Positions 8,944-15,933 of a stretch of DNA of 36,390 nt are shown here, one piece after another. The stretch is from a virus (lineage: Duplodnaviria; Caudoviricetes): positions 1 through 36,390 of the IMG/VR virus record IMGVR_UViG_3300035135_001001, one strand, 5' to 3'. How positions within the stretch are numbered: the first letter of the stretch is position 1; each line of letters opens with the position of its first letter. Under the pieces are notes generated by a model. That model had not been told where the DNA came from, did no database searches, and was given only the letters and a program-made list of their open reading frames with translations. A program made the position numbers and the translations under genes.

Positions 8944-9206
8944 TGAATATTATTGAAGTTCCCCTGCCAACCGGGGCAGCGTTGTTTCTAACAACGACTA
9001 TCGCAGGCGCGCACACTAACTTGGCGAACCAGAAACACACCGATGTTTACACTGATAGCTTCCCTGAAGGAATCACTATCGCTATGCACTTGGACGCCTT
9101 CGCTGAGTTGTGGGAGGAAGCCCTAGATGCTGATGATGAGATATCTTTTGAGCCTGACTCTGTCCTGATCAAATTGCTCAAGGGAGGGGAAGAAGATGGC
9201 GGTTAA
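8940..9206 (+). CDS. hypothetical acidic protein
   Basis: coupled ORF. Confidence 0.65.
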   Translation: MMNIIEVPLPTGAALFLTTTIAGAHTNLANQKHTDVYTDSFPEGITIAMHLDAFAELWEEALDADDEISFEPDSVLIKLLKGGEEDGG

Positions 9207-9579
9207 GAGAGAGGCATGTGATATCTGGTTCAGTAAGTGTGTGCGTCACAGGGACCAACACAGATGCCAGTATTGCTTTAAGGAAGGGACCGATTGCGCT
9301 CATGTGTATGGCAGAGCCAGGAAATCGACTCGATGGTCTATGGATAATGCTACTACCTTATGCCGATACCACCATCAATGGTTTACAGCAAACCCGGTGG
9401 CGTTCACTGATTGGCTCACGTCTATGTGGGGTCAGGGGCATATGGATATCCTGAGAGAGAAAGCCAACGCGACACTAAAAACAACAAAGCAATTACGAAA
9501 AGAAATCAGTGACCACTACCGATCTGAACTAAAAAAAGCTGAATCTGACTTAGATTACGAGATCATAAGCTACAACTAG
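9196..9579 (+). CDS. NinG/Rap-like HNH nuclease
   Basis: D.WFS..VR.RD..CQYC..CAH..R..STRW..N..LC..HH. Confidence 0.85.
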   Translation: MAVKREACDIWFSKCVRHRDQHRCQYCFKEGTDCAHVYGRARKSTRWSMDNATTLCRYHHQWFTANPVAFTDWLTSMWGQGHMDILREKANATLKTTKQLRKEISDHYRSELKKAESDLDYEIISYN

Positions 9580-9654
9580 TTATAACAACATCGAATAAGC
9601 GGATTCGTTTAGTTGTGGTAGTTTGAACCTGGGGGCTGTTACTACGGAGGATAT

Positions 9655-9897
9655 ATGGAAACGGTAGACCTTGAACCAATCGATGATCGATTACTCGATC
9701 AGTTCGTCACTCAAAAGTATCACTGGCAATCGTTATCACCTAAACAGCAGCTGGCTATGGCGATGGAGCTTGTATATCTCAGGACGGAAACCGCCAGGCA
9801 GACATTGTTAGAGCGCCAGTATTTAAAATTCATTGATGAAGCCCTGCGCGACAAGGATGGCTTCCGAAAATATAGGGAGCTCGTGCGTGGAGATTAA
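9655..9897 (+). CDS. hypothetical protein
   Basis: strong SD GGAGG; follows promoter-like intergenic region. Confidence 0.75.
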   Translation: METVDLEPIDDRLLDQFVTQKYHWQSLSPKQQLAMAMELVYLRTETARQTLLERQYLKFIDEALRDKDGFRKYRELVRGD

Positions 9898-9961
9898 TGA
9901 GGCATTCTTGGCGCTTGGCTTTGTGTTCTTCTTAACTATCGCGTATTCCCTAGTTATATGA
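9887..9961 (+). CDS. 24-aa hydrophobic micro-peptide MEINEAFLALGFVFFLTIAYSLVI
   Basis: GTG with AGGGAG SD; TGA overlaps the next ATG. Confidence 0.5.
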   Translation: MEINEAFLALGFVFFLTIAYSLVI

Positions 9962-10182
9962 AGATCACAAACTACCCGCTACTTCACGATCCAGAAGACG
10001 TGAAGATTGCGTTAGAGGCGGCTACTCAAATGGCTGAGAGGTTCGGTGAAGACATGGTAATCCAGCAAGACTTGTCAGTCACCACGCTTTGGGCCGCGCA
10101 AGAACCGCCTCTAGAAATTGTTCGCTGTCCTGCCGCGCTCAAAAAGAATAAGAGAGCAAAAATAATCAGGATGGTAAAATAG
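9958..10182 (+). CDS. hypothetical protein
   Basis: coupled ORF. Confidence 0.7.
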   Translation: MKITNYPLLHDPEDVKIALEAATQMAERFGEDMVIQQDLSVTTLWAAQEPPLEIVRCPAALKKNKRAKIIRMVK

Positions 10183-10326
10183 GGATTAGCCCCGACACTC
10201 CTACGGTGAGCCGTGGCATCGACAGACTCAATGCAAGCAGGGGGCTATGCATGTAGCTGCAAATTGAGCCGACCACGGCACTAATCTATCCCATGGCTAT
10301 TCCATGGATATCATAAAGGGGGCGCA

Positions 10327-10707
10327 ATGAAGCTCGAAGACATGACAATTGAATACAAATCTTTGCATCTTGAGGTGCCTGGGTTTGTCCTCCCCGATAT
10401 CACAGTCAGGGAAATAGCGCTTAATGCAGAACTCGATATCGTGGAATACATGGATCGGCTTGATCCGCTTTGGATTGCCGCAATCTACCCAACGTTTCAT
10501 GAAGAGATTTACGACAGCTTGTGGGACGGCCACAGTTTAGAAATGTTAGTAGCGAAACAATTTAACCAGCACTGTTTCAACTTTGTTATTTCAGCGACTA
10601 TAGGTTGGTGCAAAGAAACCGTGCATTCACTTAGCCAGCTACTTAACAGCGGGAACTTGGTTTTGCAAAAACATGAAGGCAACGTTTTGCCCTTTGTGAG
10701 GCACTGA
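10327..10707 (+). CDS. hypothetical protein
   Basis: AAGGGGG SD; 126 aa. Confidence 0.65.
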   Translation: MKLEDMTIEYKSLHLEVPGFVLPDITVREIALNAELDIVEYMDRLDPLWIAAIYPTFHEEIYDSLWDGHSLEMLVAKQFNQHCFNFVISATIGWCKETVHSLSQLLNSGNLVLQKHEGNVLPFVRH

Positions 10708-10708
10708 T

Positions 10709-11374
10709 ATGCATATGCGGTTCAAAGTCAATCAAGCTGCTATCACGTCTTTTGCTGATCCTGTGTGGCGAAAACAGATTCCTTTTGTCATCGCCAGAAC
10801 GATCACTGAGACGGTGAAAAAGCAAAGGCTTGAGCAACAGAAAGCCATGGAAAAACACATGGACGGAGGGCCGGTCAGGTTCACTAAAAGTGGCGTTCGA
10901 TATAAATCAGCTAGCAAGCGCAATCTGCGCGGTATTGTTTATTACAACGATGACCGGCCGTACATGAATCTTATCGTAGACGGCGGCGAAGACAGAGCTA
11001 AAAAGAAAAAGCTTTCAGAGCCTGTTGATGTTCGGGTTACGAAGCAAGGCAATATTCCAAAAGGGTACACGAGAAAAAATATCGATAAGGAAAGATTCTT
11101 CGGCGGCATCCCAAAGGGGAGAAGCGGAGAAAAATACAGAGGCTTGTGGCGTCGAGTTGGACGAACTGGGTATACAAGGGCAGGAAAACCTCGAGGAAAG
11201 ATAAGGCTGAAAGTAAGCTGGGCGAGAGGCTCTCGTTTTCAGAGAAAAACATTCCCTGCTAGGGAGGTGTTTAACAACCATGTGCCGACCTACTTCACCC
11301 GCCTGTTACCCATAAAACTGCGGCAGACCATAAGAGAAGAGATTGCAAGGCTGAACAGGATCACAGGTTTCTAA
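10709..11374 (+). CDS. putative neck/tail-completion protein (gpZ-like), outside the tail cluster
   Basis: very basic; KQIPF..A..IT.T, P.RFT, A.KRNL motifs; no gpZ analogue between 23279 and 23593. Confidence 0.6.
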   Translation: MHMRFKVNQAAITSFADPVWRKQIPFVIARTITETVKKQRLEQQKAMEKHMDGGPVRFTKSGVRYKSASKRNLRGIVYYNDDRPYMNLIVDGGEDRAKKKKLSEPVDVRVTKQGNIPKGYTRKNIDKERFFGGIPKGRSGEKYRGLWRRVGRTGYTRAGKPRGKIRLKVSWARGSRFQRKTFPAREVFNNHVPTYFTRLLPIKLRQTIREEIARLNRITGF

Positions 11375-11580
11375 TGAGCCTGGAGGATGACTACCTCGCG
11401 CACCGAATGGGCAAGCACGGCCTAGTCAAAAAGCTCTGGGCGCAGTGCGAGCTTGATTGGTTTGAGGCAGACAAGGCAGACGTTTTAGGGACGGTGCCTG
11501 GCAGTCCTGAGATGCAAGAATTTGAGTGTCCATTTTGCGATGACACGCACCAATCCATAGAGATTTGGTCAAGAAAATAA
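11374..11580 (+). CDS. small Cys/His protein (possible Zn ribbon)
   Basis: FECPFCDDTH; TAATG coupling. Confidence 0.65.
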   Translation: MSLEDDYLAHRMGKHGLVKKLWAQCELDWFEADKADVLGTVPGSPEMQEFECPFCDDTHQSIEIWSRK

Positions 11581-11613
11581 AGGCTATTCCATGGCTATTC
11601 CACGGGTACTACG

Positions 11614-12714
11614 ATGCGATACGGTTCGGTCTGCTCCGGTATAGAAGCAGCAACAGTTGCTTGGCACTCACTTGGGTGGGAGCCGGCGTTCTTTTCTGAG
11701 ATAGATAAGTTCCCCCGAAAGGTCTTGGAGCATCACTATCCCAACGTGCCATTGCATGGCGACTTCACAACAATCAAAGAGAAAGAATATGGAGCAATCG
11801 AACTTCTGGTCGGAGGAACCCCCTGTCAGTCCTTCAGCATCGCAGGACTCAGAACAGGATTGGATGATGACCGTGGAAACTTGGCGCTCGAATATCTTAG
11901 GCTTGCTCAACGTGAGCGTCCCAAGTGGTTGGTTTGGGAAAACGTCCCTGGGGTCTTGTCATCGAACGGAGGACGGGACTTTGGAGCCTTCCTCGGAGCG
12001 CTGGCTGAACTCGGGTATGGGTTCGCCTACAGAGTGCTTGACGCTCAGTACTTCGGAGTGGCCCAGCGGCGCAGACGTGTGTTCGTTGTCGGATACCTTG
12101 GAGATTGGAGACGTGCCGTCCAAGTACTTTTTGAGCGCGAAAGCCTGTCGGGGAATCCTGCGCCGCGCAGAGAACCGGGGGAAAAGCCTGCCCCCCCTCT
12201 TACACACGGCCCTCCTTACAGTCGCACAGGAAACGAGCGAACAGAAATAGACGCCTATGTCCCAGTGCTAGCGCGCTGCTTAACTGTAAAAGAGGCAGAA
12301 CGGCAGGACTATGAGACCTGTACGTTAGTCGCGCAGTCGGCCGCAGATGTCATGCCAACGATTGATGCGAACATAGATCGCAAGTGGGGGTCCAGCCAAT
12401 GGGTGAACAACGGGCAATGGGTTCTTAGCTTCCAATCGAACGCCAACGCGGGTGACATGGGGGCGGTTGGTAGAAACGTATCCCCTAGTATGCTGAGTCA
12501 GGGCGACCCTCCTGCTGTTTGTGCAAAAACGCAAGGTGTTCGTAGACTGACACCAGTTGAGTGCGAAAGGCTGCAGGGGTTCCCTGATAACTACACGCTT
12601 GTCGGTGATAAGTGTTATGACGGGCCTCGATACAAAGCCCTTGGCAATTCCATGGCTGTCCCGGTCATGCGTTGGATCGGTGAACGCATTCACCAGGTTT
12701 CGGCTATCCCATAG
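11614..12714 (+). CDS. orphan C5 cytosine DNA methyltransferase
   Basis: motif I variant VCSGIEA, IV GGTPCQSFS, VI WENVPG, VIII QRRRRVF, IX RRLTPVECERLQGFPD, X GNSMAVPV. Confidence 0.96.
   Translation: MRYGSVCSGIEAATVAWHSLGWEPAFFSEIDKFPRKVLEHHYPNVPLHGDFTTIKEKEYGAIELLVGGTPCQSFSIAGLRTGLDDDRGNLALEYLRLAQRERPKWLVWENVPGVLSSNGGRDFGAFLGALAELGYGFAYRVLDAQYFGVAQRRRRVFVVGYLGDWRRAVQVLFERESLSGNPAPRREPGEKPAPPLTHGPPYSRTGNERTEIDAYVPVLARCLTVKEAERQDYETCTLVAQSAADVMPTIDANIDRKWGSSQWVNNGQWVLSFQSNANAGDMGAVGRNVSPSMLSQGDPPAVCAKTQGVRRLTPVECERLQGFPDNYTLVGDKCYDGPRYKALGNSMAVPVMRWIGERIHQVSAIP
11756..12250 (+). CDS. nested +1-frame ORF resembling the beta polypeptide of M.EcoHK31I/EaeI-type split methyltransferases
   Basis: 164 codons open entirely within the MTase; C-terminus SLSDTLE.GDVPSKYFLSAKACRGILRRA..RGK.LPP.L..AL; start could be 11789. 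Confidence 0.6.
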   Translation: MATSQQSKRKNMEQSNFWSEEPPVSPSASQDSEQDWMMTVETWRSNILGLLNVSVPSGWFGKTSLGSCHRTEDGTLEPSSERWLNSGMGSPTECLTLSTSEWPSGADVCSLSDTLEIGDVPSKYFLSAKACRGILRRAENRGKSLPPLLHTALLTVAQETSEQK

Positions 12715-12979
12715 CTATTCCACGGCTATCCCACGGTTAGCTCGCCTGGCGATCCTGGCCCCGCGGCTATTCCACGGTTAATCGCATAAAGCAGCACGGC
12801 TATCCCACGGCTATCCCACGGCTATTGCGGAGCGGACGTTAAACGGTCGTTAAGCGAACGCTGACCATTCGTTAAGCGAACGCTAAGCATTCGTTAAGCG
12901 ATTGCTGAGCAAACGATAAACAAAGGCTATCCCACGGCTATCCCATGGCTATTCCACGGCTATCCCATGGTTAGTGCAA
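12702..12979. repeat. 11-bp-period tandem array of GGCTAT(C/T)CCA(C/T) and CG(T/C)T(A/G)A-type units
   Basis: type A units at 12702, 12713, 12724, 12765, 12798, 12809, 12925, 12936, 12947, 12958; type B units every 11 bp from 12837 to 12914. Confidence 0.95.
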
Positions 12980-13127
12980 AACATCAGCAGAAAATCGCGA
13001 AAATCGCGGAATGCAATGGCGCGGCGCGCTGGCGAAAAACGAGGGGAGCGCGGCCGGCATGCGGTGATGGGGCGCAAACCCGCGTCACTAAAGGAATAAG
13101 CGGTATTTTTGTATGCCAAAACGGTAT

Positions 13128-13156
13128 TAGCAAAAAAGCCAATTCGGGGGCATGAT
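13128..13156 (+). promoter_or_regulatory. candidate sigma70-like promoter for the 13.2-15.9 kb operon
   Basis: TAGCAA-17 bp-CATGAT, 45 bp upstream of ATG 13201. Confidence 0.35.
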
Positions 13157-13200
13157 TCGTCATGCAAGCAATGTCGCTTGCTTAATTGGAGTGAATCATT

Positions 13201-13542
13201 ATGCGAAACCAACTTACCTTAACCAAAGCCCAAACGAATGCGCTTGTGTCATGCATTGAGACGCACGGACATGATGGCTTTTATGTGGCAAAAGACGAAG
13301 GCGCTTATATAGGCGCTGGAAACAATGCGGCCGGCACTGGAGTTTGCTTCTACTTTAAAAACTGTGACCCGGACAAAAATCCCGATTGTTGGGACGAATG
13401 CCGCTCACGTTTTGGCGGTGATGATTTCGGGATTTCATTTACTGAAGCCGAAGACATCGCTTTCTTAAAAATGGTTGCCAATGCTGACCGCCGACTCCGC
13501 GTTATCGTTTCGGGTCATAGTGTCGAATTGCGTGGCGTTTAA
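13201..13542 (+). CDS. DUF3085-like protein
   Basis: VAKDEGAYI..CDP.K..D.WD..R..FGGDDF signature. Confidence 0.75.
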   Translation: MRNQLTLTKAQTNALVSCIETHGHDGFYVAKDEGAYIGAGNNAAGTGVCFYFKNCDPDKNPDCWDECRSRFGGDDFGISFTEAEDIAFLKMVANADRRLRVIVSGHSVELRGV

Positions 13543-13551
13543 AGGGGGGGA

Positions 13552-14028
13552 ATGATTGTGGAATTTAAATTAGTTAAAAAAGATGGGAAATGGCGCCTCC
13601 GCGTTAATGAGCGCCCCTACACTTACGACCGGCTCAGTGATGCTGTAAACGCGATGGAAACATTCCAGCGCAATCATGAGAACGATGTGCGCGGGGTCTC
13701 GTCTTTTATTGTTGGTTTGCACTACACCAGCGAAACCGGAGACGAAAATTACACCATCGGCAACATATACGCCGAAGACATCAAACGCGCGGTTTACCTC
13801 GCACAAATTGAGACGGCCGAATCATACGGGCTTCAATATGAGCGCGAGCATTCTGGTGAGTATGACTCAGTCATATGGGGCGAAGACGAAGACCACACCC
13901 ACTGGTTGGATACTCTTTATTTCCGCGCCGCCTTCGTCTATTGCGAAAAGACCGGCGCACATTCTGTTGTTCAGTATGACCTAGAGAATATTGAATTTTG
14001 GGGGTGCGAAAATGGAAACGACTTGTGA
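13552..14028 (+). CDS. acidic hypothetical protein
   Basis: G-run SD; D/E-rich. Confidence 0.75.
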   Translation: MIVEFKLVKKDGKWRLRVNERPYTYDRLSDAVNAMETFQRNHENDVRGVSSFIVGLHYTSETGDENYTIGNIYAEDIKRAVYLAQIETAESYGLQYEREHSGEYDSVIWGEDEDHTHWLDTLYFRAAFVYCEKTGAHSVVQYDLENIEFWGCENGNDL

Positions 14029-14329
14029 GATGAAAAACGCGCATGCGCTACTTGAACAATGCGGTTTTGAGCGCTGGTACACGGGGGGCGGTTGCACGGC
14101 TTGGGGTCGCGATTTTCCAAATTGTGAAGTCAAAGTGACGCAGGACGCTAGCGCTGATCTTGAGCCGGAATATATGGCTGATATCGGCATCAGTGTGGGG
14201 GTCTGGAATCCCGAAACCTACGAGCAAGTGTATTGGGATACATGCCACACCTATGCGGAAATGCCGCGCTTGATATTAGAGGCTTTTGCCGCGGCCATGG
14301 ATCACAGGGGGGGCGAAAATGAAAGTTGA
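14012..14329 (+). CDS. hypothetical protein with TGGGCTA motif
   Basis: ATG 14012 after GGGGG; GF....TGGGCTAW. Confidence 0.75.
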   Translation: METTCEMKNAHALLEQCGFERWYTGGGCTAWGRDFPNCEVKVTQDASADLEPEYMADIGISVGVWNPETYEQVYWDTCHTYAEMPRLILEAFAAAMDHRGGENES

Positions 14330-14543
14330 TAGATACGACCCAATCAATCTTTTGTCGGACTGTTACGTTGAAATGATGGGGCGTTATATGTCGGAGCATG
14401 GCGAGTGCCACTGTGCGCTTGAGACATGGTTTGATAAGCGCCCCAACATGACTCCGGCGCAACAGCGCGCATTGTCCACGTTTATTAGCTTCTGGGATGC
14501 GTTAGAAAATCTTGAGGCGGAGGCGCGTAAACATGGCGACTGA
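14319..14543 (+). CDS. small helical protein (probable paralog of 14709..14936)
   Basis: ATG 14319 after GGGGGGG; coupled. Confidence 0.75.
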   Translation: MKVDRYDPINLLSDCYVEMMGRYMSEHGECHCALETWFDKRPNMTPAQQRALSTFISFWDALENLEAEARKHGD

Positions 14544-14712
14544 GTGCGTGAACTGTGGCGAGCTAAATCACTTGGGGGACTGTTGTCCCCTTTGTGCTAC
14601 TTACGAGTGCGATGGCTGCCGTGAGCAAATCGATTTCGATTGCGACTTTTATGATGACGAAACCGACACCCGCTTGTGTGAGGGGTGCGCTATAGAGAGG
14701 TGTTTAGCATGA
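14533..14712 (+). CDS. Cys-rich acidic zinc-finger-like protein
   Basis: CVNC, CPLC, CDGC, CEGC; GGAGG SD. Confidence 0.75.
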   Translation: MATECVNCGELNHLGDCCPLCATYECDGCREQIDFDCDFYDDETDTRLCEGCAIERCLA

Positions 14713-14936
14713 GACTGTTACCGGCCCATATGGAAATTGATTCAATGTGGCAAGCGTTTGTTATAGAGCAAGGCCTGATATCTGAAGACGATTATTGCGA
14801 GTGCGGAGACTTCGATATCCCGGCGCTATCCAATCCCGAAACGCTGACCGAATTTCAGAGGGAAATGGTTCAGCACTTCACGCGCATCTACACCGCGCTT
14901 TACAAAATGGAGGGGTTACTAAATGAGCAAGGTTAA
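14709..14936 (+). CDS. small acidic helical protein (probable paralog of 14319..14543)
   Basis: GAGG SD; ATGA overlap. Confidence 0.75.
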   Translation: MRLLPAHMEIDSMWQAFVIEQGLISEDDYCECGDFDIPALSNPETLTEFQREMVQHFTRIYTALYKMEGLLNEQG

Positions 14937-15696
14937 TGGTTTTATTTTCTACCGCGGCCCGTCCGTTTTAGACGGCGCGCCAATCGTCGGAATCGCTACT
15001 CTCACCAGTAGCAACATCAAGACCGGCCCGAAGGGTAAAGGCAACATGGTTCAAACGTGGATACTCCGCGCGGACATGTCACCGATTGACGCGAGCAAAA
15101 GCGCGGATGACTCTTCGATTTGCGGAGCATGCCCACATCGCCACAGTTTGGGCGGGGCTTGTTATGTGAACATTGGGCAGGCGCCTCTAGGCATTTACCG
15201 CGCATTCAAGCGGGGCGCTTATCCTGATTGGTCCGATCTGGAGAACCGCGGCCATACGCTAAAAATAGCGGATGCGCTGGCTGGGCGCGGGGTGCGTTTG
15301 GGCGCGTATGGTGACCCCGCGGCTATCCCCCTGGACGTTTGGCGCGAAGTGCTGCAGAGCGTTTCAATGTGGACGGGGTACACTCATCAAGCCCGCCATC
15401 CGCACTTTGACAAGGGATTGCTCCGCTATTGCATGGCAAGCGCTGATACCCCGAAGCAAGCGCAAAAACTCCGGGATACCGGAGCGCGCACGTTCCGCGT
15501 TAAGAGCGCGGGAGCGCCTCTCATGTCCGGCGAGATTCTTTGCCTAGCTGATAGCAAGGGGGTTAAGTGCATCGATTGCGGACTATGTGACGGGGCAAAC
15601 CGAAGCGCGGCATCTATCGCCATTGATGTCCATGGGTCGCGCTCTAGTCGGTTTGATAGGTCACTGGGCCACGCTCAAATGATTGCGAGGGGGTGA
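14923..15696 (+). CDS. Gp88/DUF7227-like Cys-rich (radical-SAM-like) protein
   Basis: S.N.KTG, CGACP..CYV, VRLG.YGDP, TGYTH, ASAD, C..CIDCGLC. Confidence 0.7.
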   Translation: MSKVNGFIFYRGPSVLDGAPIVGIATLTSSNIKTGPKGKGNMVQTWILRADMSPIDASKSADDSSICGACPHRHSLGGACYVNIGQAPLGIYRAFKRGAYPDWSDLENRGHTLKIADALAGRGVRLGAYGDPAAIPLDVWREVLQSVSMWTGYTHQARHPHFDKGLLRYCMASADTPKQAQKLRDTGARTFRVKSAGAPLMSGEILCLADSKGVKCIDCGLCDGANRSAASIAIDVHGSRSSRFDRSLGHAQMIARG

Positions 15697-15887
15697 GCAT
15701 GAGAGACCCCGACACAACAAAACCCGCGGCCAATGATGCGCCGGTCACCATCCGCATAAGCGCCCCGCATGGCGTCCCGGTGACGGTAAAGCCGGCCGAT
15801 GACTACGGGCCATGGTGGTCTGCTATTGCCGGCGCTGTAGCGTTTAACGCGCTAGCATTTATCCTCGCGCTGATCATCATGGGCTGA
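15693..15887 (+). CDS. small protein with C-terminal TM helix
   Basis: WWSAIAGAVAFNALAFILALIIMG; last gene before terminator; start may be ATG 15699. Confidence 0.65.
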   Translation: MSMRDPDTTKPAANDAPVTIRISAPHGVPVTVKPADDYGPWWSAIAGAVAFNALAFILALIIMG

Positions 15888-15909
15888 CCCCCCCACCGTT
15901 TAAGCAACC

Positions 15910-15933
15910 GCCCCCACATGGGGGCTTTTTTTT
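15910..15933 (+). terminator. intrinsic terminator closing the small-gene operon
   Basis: GCCCCC-ACAT-GGGGGC-TTTTTTTT. Confidence 0.9.

Noticed and set aside
11614-12714. Complete restriction-modification system
   Set aside because: No adjacent endonuclease recognised; treated as an orphan MTase
12702-12979. CRISPR or mini-CRISPR array
   Set aside because: Units are 11 bp and mostly contiguous, with no unique spacers of regular length and no cas genes
12949-13212. ORFs 12967..13155(+), 12949..13212(-), 15803..16048(-), 15877..16113(-)
   Set aside because: Run through repeats, promoter or terminator DNA and lack convincing SDs or protein-like composition
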